Below, in pieces: positions 24,165 to 35,593 of a DNA stretch of 64,000 nt. Origin of the DNA: Octopus sinensis. Its lineage: Eukaryota. How positions within the stretch are numbered: position 1 is the stretch's first letter; each line of letters begins with the position of its first letter. Under the pieces are notes generated by a model. That model was not told where the DNA came from. It saw only the letters and a list, made by a program, of their open reading frames with translations, and searched no databases. A program made the translations under genes and the position numbers. The stretch covers positions 7,998,001 to 8,062,000 of the forward strand of contig NC_043000.1 of the NCBI RefSeq assembly GCF_006345805.1, read 5' to 3'.

Positions 24165-24405
24165 TCATTCTGGTTTTATTGGCCACAAGGGCTAATATTA
24201 ATCAAAAACATGTAAGGACAAACACAGGGCGAAAAGTGCAAAGGGTTTTGCGAAAAAGAAAGGGCCATGTAAACATGAGATAACAGTGAAAAATATAACA
24301 ATTAGAAAGAACTCCCTATAGGAGGAGGTGCTTTGAAAGGTTACTTGTGGAAAAACCCATAAAAGCCACGGGAGCCTGGTCAAACGGGGAGAGAGCCCCT
24401 TCTCC
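24165..24405 (-). mobile_element. Orphan LINE-like 3' UTR fragment in (TAA)n
   Basis: Reverse strand is pyrimidine-rich and ends CCCTGTGTTTGTCCTT...TAGCCCTTGTGGCCAATAAA, like the S2 tail; family not determined. Confidence 0.45.
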
Positions 24406-24509
24406 TTTTATAATAATAATAAAGATTTCATTTATTTGCCACAAGGGTGAAGGATGAGGGGGACAATACAAAGACAGACAGAGTGTGTGGGTTTACATAT
24501 AATGAAAGG

Positions 24510-24976
24510 ATAATAATAAAGACAGGAAAGAAGATACTTGTAGACTGATAGATGTCAGGGTTCCCACCGATAAAAATATACCTGTAAAGGTATTTGACAA
24601 ATTAAATAAATATAAGGACCTGGAAATTGAAATACAAAAGATGTGGCATCTTAAAGGGAGAACTGTTCCTGTTATTGTGGGTGCCCTAGATATAATAAAA
24701 AAAAAGGGATGTCAGAAACATCTAGATAACATCCCAGGAGAACCATGTCTCAAAGAAATCCAAAAGATTGTGCTGACAAGCACTGCCCACATCCTTAGAA
24801 AAACCCAATCAATTTAAATGTCTGTGATGTACTATATGAAGGTATTTTGCTACTGCCCCTGCCACTTCCCCTCCCCAAGCTTTCAGTCATACTGTAACAT
24901 CTCTTATCTTTCACTTGCCCTAGGATACTGGGCGTGTCACAGCAAGTGATTGTAACAAACATGCAGATTTAAAGTA

Positions 24977-24980
<4 letters not shown>
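24510..24980 (+). mobile_element. 5'-truncated R4/Dong-like RLE retroelement (subfamily B)
   Basis: KDRKEDTCRLIDVRVPTDKN...KYKDLEIEIQKMW...LTSTAHILRK; 3' UTR matches 34880-35046; followed by (AAT)n. Confidence 0.85.
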
Positions 24981-25030
<50 letters not shown>

Positions 25031-25955
25031 CCTTTCTACTATCAGCACAAGGCCCAAAATCTGAGGAAAGGGATAAGTTGCTTACATCACTCCCAGAGCT
25101 TGGCTGGTTCTTATTTCATCAACTCTGGAAGGATGAAGGGCAAAGTCTACCTTGGCAGAATTTGAGCTAAGGACATAAAGACTGACAAAATGCTGCTAAG
25201 GCATTTTGCTTGGCATGCTAATAACTCTGCCAGCTTGCCACCTTAATAACAATTATAAAAATGGATTCAAATTTTGGCACAAGGCCAGCAATTTTTGGTG
25301 AGGGGTCTAGTCAATTACATTGACCCCAGTACTCAACTGGCACATATTTTATCAACCCCGAAAGGATCAAAGGCAAAGTTGAACTGGGTGGAATTTGAAC
25401 TCATAACGTAAAGACAGAGAAAATTCTGCTAAGTATTTTGCCCAACATGCTAACAATGCTGCCAGCTAAATACCTTAATAATAATGATAATAATAATCTT
25501 TTCTACTACAGGTGCAAGGCTTGAAATCTGGAGGAGGAAGATAGTAGATTACATCAACCCCAGTACTCAACTGGTACTTAATTTATCAACCCTGAAAGGA
25601 TGAAAGGCAAAGTCGACCTTGGTGGAATTTGAACTTAGAACATAAAGAGGGACGAAATGCCACTAAGCATTTTGCCCGGCATGCTAACGATTCTGCCAGT
25701 TCACTGCCTTAATAATAACAATGATAATAAACTAGTAATAATAATAATAATAATTTCTAATAGAGGCACATGGCTTGAAATTTGGGAAGAGGGGATGGTT
25801 GATCACATCAACCCTAGTACTTAATGGGTACTTAATTTATCGACCCTGAAAGGATGAAAAGTAAAATAGACCTTGGTGGACTTTGAAATCAGATGAGGGA
25901 AATACTGCTAAGCATTTAGTCCAGCATGCTAACAATTCTGCCAGCTTGCTGCCTT
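25031..25955 (-). mobile_element. Four head-to-tail S2 SINEs separated by short (AAT)n spacers
   Basis: Units at about 25031-25244, 25265-25476, 25497-25710 and 25755-25955, each ending ...GCCAGCT...CCTTA. Confidence 0.9.
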
Positions 25956-25989
25956 ACTATTAATAATAATAATAACAATAATATCGAGC

Positions 25990-26340
25990 TTATTGTACAC
26001 AGTACTCAAGTGCACTACAAATCATTGGAGAAGGGAAAAGAAGGGAACAGAAAACAGCAATAAGTCAAAGAAAGAAAGACAATAACGACAGCCAAAAATG
26101 CATGCACAGAACACAGAATACAATACACAAAAAAGGCAGAAAATGGAACAGCAAAAGAACCACAAAGATGAAACAGAGCATATGCATGTCAAGAAATAGT
26201 TTTGGTGAATTTCAGGAAGCATGAAATGTTTGAAGGATGCAGTGTTCTGAAAGCTAACAACCGATGTCAGGGCTAGTTTATTTCTTCTGCAGTTGCTTAA
26301 ATTGCACTTGAAGAAAGCGTGAACATGGCAAATTCTCATT
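25990..26340 (-). mobile_element. CR1-like LINE 3' end
   Basis: Reverse strand shares CACTGCA..CTT.AA.....CATGCTTCCTGAAATT and the terminus GTAGTGCAC.TGAG.ACTGTGTACAATAA with 49340-49640. Confidence 0.7.
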
Positions 26341-26934
26341 TATCTTTCCTTGATAAATAAATCTTTTGCTTAATAAATAGGTTAATCTTTTCACTGTCCC
26401 CTCTATTGGTCCATCAAGCTGGATTCAGCAATGTTATGTAAATGAACAGTAATAAATATTTCCTTGGTTAGAATACCAACGACTTGCAGTTAATGTCTTC
26501 ATGGGTTCCAATAATTTTTCTCTCAAAAAGCTAAGCTAGATGAAAGCCAAAAAACAAACTGAAAACAAACCATCTTTTTGAATGACACAATAAGAAATAT
26601 TTTGTATCCTGTGGACTCATTACGCTTGAGTTCTTCTTACCTGTGATGTTGAACTGGGTGTTGTGTTGCATAAATAATATATGTTGAATTTTCAACATGA
26701 CAATCCTAGGTTTTTATTTTTTATTTGGTGCTCCAGCATGGCCACAGTCAAATGACTGAAACAAGTATACGAGTAAAAAAATTTATCTAACATTATTAAT
26801 GTTATTACTGTTATTATTATAATTAATAAGGCGGCGACCATCAGAAGGACATGTGTTCACGAGCTGTAAGCTTTTGTTCAATTTTTACAGATAATAGTGT
26901 TGGATCTTAAATTTTTTTATAACATTTCTGTGGC

Positions 26935-29560
26935 CAGGCCAACTGGGCTCTTGCTGAGCTGAGCAGTTAGGAGGAACTTTACCCCTTTTGGGGCGAATTT
27001 TCAATTCAAATTCTTCATTTTTTCATTTTTCAATTTTTAAATTTGCAAAATGTCCTTAGAGAAGAGTGTCAGCTTTTCCTTTTGACTTCCCCCTCTGCTG
27101 TCAGAAAATAGCCAAAAATGTTTAAAAATCAATTGTCTCTGCCCTCTCTGTCAGAGAGAGGGTTGACCAAAGTCTTGCTAGCATGTGCAACGCTGAGCAA
27201 CAGAAGGAAAAAAAAGAAAAGAAGTGGAAGAAAGAGGCGGAAAAGAGCAATGAAATTCAGCTAATGGATGCTGTTAGCACCACAACACCTGTGAATCCAA
27301 GCCCTCCCACTACCACCACTAACACTAACACATTGAACAACAGCAACAACAACAACAACCTAATGCATTTAGAAATGAATTCATTGATGTTTCTGTAGAA
27401 TCTCTCAAAGACTACAGAAACATGTTAAAAAGAAAAAGCGAAAGATGTTTTTCAATAAACGCACCTCCAGATATTATAGACAATACAAACAAATGTACAA
27501 TAGTGTACAAAAGTATTTCTTTAAAAATGAGATGTTTAGAAACTGCCACAAAGGAAGCAGTTGAAAAATGGTTGCAACTCATTTGGAAAGACGTAACATA
27601 TCTTTTGAGGGGCAAGAAACTTGAATTGGAGTCAGATTTGCTAGTGAAGATGTAGCAAAACAGCACTCAACAGTCCAGCTGAGAAACAGTGAACTTGTCC
27701 TAGTTCCAACATACTTGGGATGGCACATCGCCAAGATAAAAATATTGGAGATACCACCAGAAATTAATGCTTGTTGGATTGTCGCAGCTGTCCTCCTCGA
27801 CTTGGAAGATAAAATCAGAATCATCCAAGTCAAGAGACAAGGAGGAAACAACTGAACTGGTCAGGAACTGCAAATAATGATCCAAATAAACCAAGTTGCT
27901 TTGGAATAAATTCCTGACCAACTCAGCCTTCCAGATGGCACTATGCTGAACATTTTAGTCGAGGGCTGAAGGCCAAGATGTTATCAATGTGGACAGAATA
28001 ACCACCTGAAAGCCTTCTGCCCACAACTAAAACAGAAGGAGGGCACTTTCCCCTTGATACAAGCATCCCCCACATCACAACAACTGAAGCAACCCTAACT
28101 ACAGAAGCAACCCCAACAATAAAGGTAACCCCAACAAGAGAAGAAACTGCATGAAAAGAAAGCAGAGAGAGCTCCAGCAAGCTCAGCACCATCAACACCA
28201 CCACAACCAACTATACAAGAGACAACAACACCAACAATAACAGAAGCACTGACCACAACCACCACCACCATCACCTCAAATGCCTACAAAAACACCATCC
28301 TGGAGCCTCTCTAAATCCTTGGTCATGGAGTGGCTGTGTGGTAAGTAGCTTGCTAACCAACCACATGGTTCCGGGTTCAGTCCCACTGCGTGGCATCTTG
28401 GGCAAGTGTCTTCTGCTATAGCCCCGGGCCGACCAATGCCTTGTGAGTGGATTTGGTAGATGGAAACTGAAAGAAGCCTGTCGTATATATGTATATATAT
28501 ATATATATAAGTGTGTGTGTATATGTTTGTGTGTCTGTGTTTGTCCCCTTAGCATTGCTTGACAACCAATGCTGGTGTGTTTACGTCCCCGTCACTTAGC
28601 GGTTCGGCAAAAGAGACTGATAGAATAAGTACTGGGCTTACAAAGAATAAGTCCCGGGGTCGATTTGCTCGACTAAAGGCGGTGCTCCAGCATGGCCGCA
28701 GTCAAATGACTGAAACAAGTAAAAGAGTAAAGAGTAAAGAGTAAAGAGAGAGACCGCCATACTCTACTTAAGGAGTGCAACATTTGCCCTACTCCCACCC
28801 CAAAGTGCTAACGGTAAGTAGTCCTCTTGTTTTTTCTCCTTACCAGCCACTCAAATGGTCATACTCAAAATAGGTTGCATAAATGTACATAGCCTGGGGT
28901 CCCCTTGGAAACAAGGTCACTTACTCAATGAGGTCATGAGGAATAGATGTAATAGCTATTACTGAATCCAGACTAACTGAACTACAAGCTTTCATGCCCA
29001 TTTTCAATGACAACGAGATCTTACCATCTCTGTGTTGGCAGGGAATGGGTGGTGGGGGTACTGCAGTATTGTTTCGGAAAGGTCTGGATCTCAAACTAAG
29101 GTCAGTCTTCTTAGACCCAGAAGGTAAGCTGGTGGTCCTGGGGATGAATGGTAGTAACAGTGGGGCCTTCAGACTGGTGGCTGTTTATGCACCACCAGGT
29201 GTAGGACAGCTGGAATACTTCAGGCATCTGGAGGTCTTCCTGGGTAAGTCCCTACCTTTAGTGTTAGTGGATGATTTCAGTGCCATCTTAGATGCGCAAT
29301 TGGATTGTGTGGGGCTAGCCAATAAGAAAGAGGGTTGCAAAAATCTCGCAAACCTGTTTAGACTCTTTCAACTGTCTGACAGGTACTGACTGGATTTCCC
29401 GAATGTGCCAGAGTAGACATGGGCAAACCACATTGAAACATCCAAATTGTACCTAAATAGAGTATTTTGCAGGTCTTTAGATAGGGATAGTATTAGTTGG
29501 ACACAGTTTAAAATAGTTGACTGTACAGATCACAAATTGGTAACCTGTAAGGTCGACTTA
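26935..29560 (+). mobile_element. 5' half of a Tx1/L1-like LINE (ORF1 with zinc knuckle + ORF2 APE endonuclease), degraded
   Basis: ORF1 relic from about 27183 with EG*RPR-CYQCGQNNHLKAFC (CX2CX4HX4C, 27979-28020). ORF2 ATG at 28855: IGCINVHSL...IAITESR...AVYAP...DDFSAILD...TDHKLV. The 5' boundary is approximate. Confidence 0.8.
28324..28750 (+). mobile_element. SINE S1, full length, inserted in the Tx1-like element
   Basis: Near-consensus copy with a (AAAGAGT)n tail. Confidence 0.93.
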
Positions 29561-29689
29561 GCATACAATAATTGGCACTATCGTCACCTTCTTCAGTTTC
29601 CATAGCTGGACTATTTCGTACTTAAGAGGGTTGTATCTATCTATCTTTATGCTTTCCTTCTTGACTATTCGTGGGTCAAAGGGGTATGC

Positions 29690-29705
29690 TGCATCAACTA
29701 TATTG

Positions 29706-29748
<43 letters not shown>

Positions 29749-29755
29749 GTTATGA

Positions 29756-29795
<40 letters not shown>

Positions 29796-29836
29796 TATTA
29801 TTATTATTATTGTTATTATTATTATTATTATTATTA

Positions 29837-29886
<50 letters not shown>

Positions 29887-29900
29887 TATTATTATTATTA

Positions 29901-29942
<42 letters not shown>
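29690..29942. repeat. Long (TTA)n microsatellite
   Basis: Direct reading. Confidence 0.95.
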
Positions 29943-29947
<5 letters not shown>

Positions 29948-30680
29948 TAGTTTTATTTTTATAGCGTGCTTTCACTTCACTACCAAGCGCAGCTCTGTGT
30001 GCCTTGGGTATGTGCTGTGATTTGTTGTGATGCTCTGATGGTTATTGTATGGAAATGTTCTGCGTAGGATGTGTGCAGTGCCTAGTAGTGCAATTTTCTG
30101 TATGTTATATGTGTTTGTAAGTCCTGGTGTTTTTGTTATGTATTTATCTGAATATTTTTTATCATGCCTAATGCACCTACTATGATAGGAATTGTTTCTG
30201 TTTTCAGATTCCACATTCTAGTTACCTCTATTTCCAGGTCTTTGTATTTTGAGAGTTTCTCCATTTCTTTTAGAGACACGTTGTCATCTGCCGGTATTGA
30301 TACATCAATTAGAGAGCATTTTTTTTCTTCATGATCTCTGACAACTATACCTGGTCTGTTGGCCTTAATTTCTCTATCTGTGTGTATCGGCATATCCCAG
30401 AGTATGGTTGCTTTCTCGTTTTCTGTGACCTTTTCTGGTGTGTGTCTATACCATCTTTTTTCTGTTCATAGCTTCCAATGTATGTAGGTTCCAACTCTGT
30501 CATGTCTGTGAATATATTCCTTCTTAGCCAGGACTGGGCAGCTAGAGATAATATGATTTATTGGTTCTTGTCCATCTCCACATATTCTGCAGTTACTTGT
30601 AATATTTCTTTTCATTACATGTTTTTGGTAATTTCTGGTGGGGAGGCTTTGGTCTTGTGCTGCAATTAAAAATCCCTCTG

Positions 30681-30683
<3 letters not shown>
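29942..30683 (-). mobile_element. 5'-truncated R4/Dong-like RLE retroelement (subfamily A) between (TTA)n tracts
   Basis: TEGFLIAAQDQSL...CRICGDGQEPINHIISSC (CCHC), RHDRV, KANRPGIV...LIDVSIP...KYKDLEIE. Confidence 0.9.
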
Positions 30684-30713
<30 letters not shown>

Positions 30714-30715
<2 letters not shown>

Positions 30716-30913
30716 GGCAGTGAGATGGTAGAATCATTAGTGCAGCAGGCAAAATGCTTTGCAGTATTTTGCCCGTTGCTGCATTCTGCGTTCAAACTCC
30801 ACCAGGGTCAACTTAGCCTATCATTCTTTAAGTACCAGTGAAACACTGGAGCTGATGTAAATCGACTAGTCCCCTCCCCTAACATTTCAGCCCTTGTGCC
30901 TTTAGGAGAATGA

Positions 30914-30945
<32 letters not shown>

Positions 30946-30947
30946 CA

Positions 30948-30978
<31 letters not shown>

Positions 30979-31198
30979 TATTATTATTGAAGGTGTCAAG
31001 CAGGTAGAATCATTACCATGCTGGGCAAATTCTTTGCAGAATTTTGCCTATCTTTACATTCTGAGTTCAAATTGTGCCAAGGTCGCCTTTCGTCTTTTCA
31101 GGATAATAAATTAAGTACCAGTTACGTACTGGGGTCGATGTAATTGACAACTTCCCTCCCCCCAAATTCCAGGCCTTGTGCTTCTAGTAGAAAGGATT
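30714..31198 (+). mobile_element. Two tandem S2 SINEs separated by (TTA)n
   Basis: Copies at about 30714-30910 and 30990-31198. Confidence 0.85.
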
Positions 31199-31974
31199 AT
31201 TATCATCATCATCATCATTATCATCTTATGGGGTGGGGGCCGTTATTTCAAGGACGAGTTTCTCTTGTTTATTCACTTCACGGATGGCAGGATAAAGTTT
31301 GAAAGCAACTTGGCAGCTATTTCTAGCTGATCATGCAACTGTATAAAGGCCATTTCTATGCTCGCACAATTACACTCTACCCTATACATTCAACCACTAT
31401 ATTTTGAAAGTTACAGAATGCTTTTCTTTTGGACAGAGGTGTTGTAGATTTAGTGTTATTTAGAAAGGGATCTTACCTTGTCATTCAACTGACCCCATAT
31501 GTCTTATACTTGCTTGTTCAGAGCTAAACTGGGAACTGCTGAACGAAGACATCTAGCTGTGAATTTTAAATCAGAAAAAACCTTATGACCTGGTCTCATA
31601 ACACAATATCATAACTTGGCTGTTTCACCTTAATCCAGGCTTTTGTTGGTGGAATTTTCTTGTGAAAGGCAAATATTTTCGTGGGTTGTGTGAGACTTTG
31701 AGAAATGGATCATAATGTATGGTTAAAACATATTTGGAAAGTGACTGTTGGAAGTGAAAGATTAATAATAAGAAAAGTATTTCTGATATTTTATAAATTT
31801 CAATGATCTGGTTGGTATGTACTAGAGGGGAAGAATGGGGGCACTGACAGAAAGAGGTGGGGAGAGAAAGGGTGAAAGGAGGGAAAATAACAAATCAGGA
31901 AATGAAAATATCAAAAATAAGGAAAGGGTAAGTGAAGAGGAGGAGGAGGGGAAGTAGAAGGGGGAGAGAGAGAA

Positions 31975-32017
<43 letters not shown>

Positions 32018-32554
32018 ACGAGAAAAATAGAGAGGGAGTGAGAGGTGGCAGGAGCTTTAAGGAAATAAGGAATATGAGAAAAATAAGGTAGAGATTATAA
32101 ATGGAAGAGAATAAAAGAAGTGGAGTGGAACAGGAAGAAGGAAATGGAGTGAATTATGGGGGAGGGGGGGAATAGGTAAAGGGAAGGAAGGAAAAACTTA
32201 AGTAATAAGGAAAAAGATGCTTGTGCTTGTCAAATAGAGTATATACATGTGTGTATGTGTGTGTAGAATAGCATATGTAATATAGCACATACATATTTAC
32301 TGATAGATAGATAGATAGATAGATAGATGTGTGTATGTGAGTGAGTGTATATATATATATATATATGTATAGACACACACACACACACACACATACACAC
32401 ATTCTCTCTCTCTCTCTCACACACACACACTCACATATATATTACACTTTTTCACTCATCTGCATTGGTAGCATGTGTTAGAACACCCTAATTATTAAAA
32501 TTCTTCATTTTAAACTCATGTCTTTAGAGAGTTTTGAATGCTTGAAATGAGGAG

Positions 32555-32702
32555 TAGATAGACAGCCGCCAACTGATGAAGGGTCATTTCTCTCTGTTTA
32601 CTTGTCCTGTTTTCTGTTATTTTCTCTTGCTGTTTGTATTAAACTCATTTGTTTACATATTTCATGTTGTTTACACAGTTGGTGACGTCCTGTATCCATA
32701 TA
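32555..32702 (+). repeat. Second copy of the 14730-14875 dispersed repeat
   Basis: See 14730. Confidence 0.8.
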
Positions 32703-32980
32703 TGCATATATATATGTATGTGTGTGTATAAGCAACAAATTATCTTCTGCCTGTTATGCTATTTGAAACTGCACCAAAATACTCTGAAGACATGATTTTA
32801 AAATGAAGAATTTTAATAATTATGGCGTTCTAACATGCTACCTATACAGACGAGTGAAAAAGTGCATGCAGTGAGTATGTATTTGTGTACATGTGTTTAC
32901 ATGCAAGAGAGAGAGAGAGGGAGAGAGAGAGAGAGTTAGTGTGGGAAAGAGAGAGTAAGGGAGAATTTACATTTCCATTA

Positions 32981-33454
32981 GGATCTTTTCCCTTTGAATG
33001 GCAGATCGAGAAATTAATTTTTTGTAACTAAACACTTTCAAACTTCGGACACTGGTAGAATGTGTCATATAAACATATTTTACTCTTAGTGTTGTTGAGA
33101 AAAGTTTATATTTTCAAAGTTATTTCATGTTAAAGTAGTCGTATTTCAGTAATTTCAACCAATCAATGACGTGTATTCAGCTGAATAAAATTACTGCCAT
33201 TGTTTGTCAACAACAACTATTGGCGGTGTATATTTAATTTGTTACTGTTAATTTTATTCAGCTGAATACATCTCATTGATTGGTTGAAATTTCCGAAATA
33301 CGACAACTTTAACACGAAATAAATACTAACTTTTCTCAACAATACTAAGAGTAAAAGATGTTTTCTTTGACACATTCTACCAGTGTCCGAAGTTTGAAAG
33401 TGTTTAGTGACAAAAAATTAATTTCTTGATCTGCCGTTCAAAGGGTAAAGATCC
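32981..33454. mobile_element. Foldback/MITE-like element with about 210-bp inverted arms
   Basis: GGATCTTTTCCCTTTGAATGGCAGATCGAGAAATTAAT...ATTCAGCTGAATAAAATTAC mirrored by GTAATTTTATTCAGCTGAAT...ATTAATTTCTTGATCTGCCGTTCAAAGGGTAAAGATCC. Confidence 0.9.
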
Positions 33455-33654
33455 CTCCACACAGCTGTCAGTCTGGGTTTTAAATCTTCCCTGTCTTATT
33501 CCAGGGAACTTCAGTCTCAGAATATATATTCATATTTTGTTTCATGTATTTATTTATTTATTTCTAGATTATTTTGTACAAATTTTGAAAAAAAAATTTC
33601 TTGAGAAGTGGTGACATTGTTTTGAGACAAGCAAGTAAATATCAGCACTTATAA

Positions 33655-33688
<34 letters not shown>

Positions 33689-33834
33689 ATATATACAAAT
33701 ATTTTTTTCTTTCTTTTTTTTTTTCTTAGTTTCAGCTTAGAGCTGTGGCCATGGTGATGCACCATGGCTTTTGATAAGCAGCATCGGTTTTTACAATTTT
33801 GCAAATAATAATAATAATAAAAATAATAACAATG

Positions 33835-33878
<44 letters not shown>

Positions 33879-33879
<1 letters not shown>

Positions 33880-34120
33880 GTAGGTGCATTAGGCATGATA
33901 AAAAAATATTCAGACAAATACATAACAAAAACACCAGGACTTACAAACACATATAACATACAGGAAATTGCACTACTAGGCACTGCACACATCCTACGCA
34001 GAACACTTTCAATACAGTAACCATCAGAGCATCACAACAAATCACAGCACATACCCAAGGCACACAGAGCTACGCTCAGTAGTGAAGTGAAAGCACACTA
34101 TAAAAATAAAACTACTGAAT
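33879..34120 (+). mobile_element. Short 3' fragment of R4/Dong-like subfamily A
   Basis: VGALGMIKKYSDKYITKTPGL...TAHILRRTLSIQ plus 3' UTR; within (AAT)n. Confidence 0.9.
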
Positions 34121-34153
34121 GATGATAATAATAATAATAATAAAAATAATAAC

Positions 34154-34183
<30 letters not shown>

Positions 34184-34186
<3 letters not shown>

Positions 34187-35046
34187 GACCAAGCAACAAC
34201 CCATCAGTGGCTGAAGAGCTCTGGATTGAAAGCGGAGACTGAAGGTTTCATAATGGCAGCACAAGATCAAAGCTTGTTTACCAGAAATTACCAGGCTAAC
34301 GTTCTCCGAAACGGTACTGACCCTAAATGCAGATTCTGCGACACATTTGACGAAACGATAGACCATCTCGTTTCGGGATGTCCTGTGCTGACACCAAACG
34401 AATACAAAAATCGCCACGATAGGGTAGGACAGTATATACATTGGAAGATATGTAAACACTACAAATCTGACACTCCTGCTAACTGGTATGAACACCATCC
34501 TCAGCCAGTTGTTGAAGGTAAAGATGTCACCATCCTCTGGGATTTTCCAGTCAACACTGACAGAACGATCAAGGCTAATCGACCAGACATAATTGTTAAA
34601 GACAGGGAAGAAAATACCTGCAGACTAATAGAAGTAAGCGTCCCCACTGATAAAAATGTATCTGTCAAGGAATTTGACAAACTTAGTAAATATAAGGACC
34701 TGGAAATCGAAATACAGAGGATGTGGAATCTTAAAACAAAAACTGTTTCTGTTATTGTAGGTGCCCTAGGTATGATAAAAAAAGGGATGTCAGAAACACC
34801 TAGACAATATCCCTGGAAAACCATGTCTCAAGGAAATCCAAAAGATTGTGCTAACAAGTACTGCCCACATCCTTAGAAAAACCCTATCAATGTAAATGTT
34901 TGTGTTTGCATTACATGGAGATATATCTCTACTTCCCCTCCCCAAGCTTTCAGCTATATTTCAACAACTCTTAACCTTCACTTGCCCTAGGGCGCTGGGT
35001 GTGCCCCGGCAGGTGATTGCATCAAACATGCAGATTAAAAGTAAAT
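34184..35046 (+). mobile_element. 5'-truncated R4/Dong-like RLE retroelement (subfamily B)
   Basis: ORF 34226-34876: AAQDQSL, CRFCDTFDETIDHLVSGC (CX2CX8HX4C), RHDRV, RPDII...IEVSVP...KYKDL restriction-like endonuclease; (AAT)n on both sides. Confidence 0.93.
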
Positions 35047-35049
35047 GAC

Positions 35050-35091
<42 letters not shown>

Positions 35092-35092
<1 letters not shown>

Positions 35093-35333
35093 GTAGGTGC
35101 ATTAGGCATGATAAAAAAATATTCAGACAAATACATAACAAAAACACCAGGACTTACAAACACATATAACATACAGAAAATTGCACTACTAGGCACTGCA
35201 CACATCCTACGCAGAACACTTTCCATACAATAACCATCAGAGCATCACAACAAATCACAGCACATACCTAAGGCAGACAGAGCTGCGCTCGGTAGTGAAA
35301 TGAAAGCACGCTATAAAAATAAAACTACTGAAT
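35092..35333 (+). mobile_element. Short 3' fragment of R4/Dong-like subfamily A, same breakpoint as 33879
   Basis: Nearly identical to 33879-34120. Confidence 0.9.
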
Positions 35334-35392
35334 GATGATAATAATAATAATAATAAAAATAATAACAATAATAATAATAATAATCATAATAA

Positions 35393-35593
35393 TAATAGTA
35401 TTTTGTAAGCTTAAAGCTTATAAACAATCACCAAGCAATGACTATAGAAAATAGTCTAATAATGGAGCATATAAGCTCTCAGAAAAACCTACTCTTTTCT
35501 GTCGAGGACTTATATACCCCATTATTAGACTATTTCTATTTTAGTCATTGCACAGTGATCACTCATAAGCTTTAAGTTTACAAAATACTATTA
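35393..35593. mobile_element. Hairpin MITE-like element (about 85-bp arms)
   Basis: TAATAGTATTTTGTAAGCTTAAAGCTTAT...AATAGTCTAATAATGG mirrored by CCATTATTAGACTATT...ATAAGCTTTAAGTTTACAAAATACTATTA. Confidence 0.8.

Noticed and set aside
29580-29635. Minus-strand CGAAATAGTC...CTGAAGAAGG as a hammerhead
   Set aside because: Core halves are in type-II order but stems I and II cannot be formed consistently.
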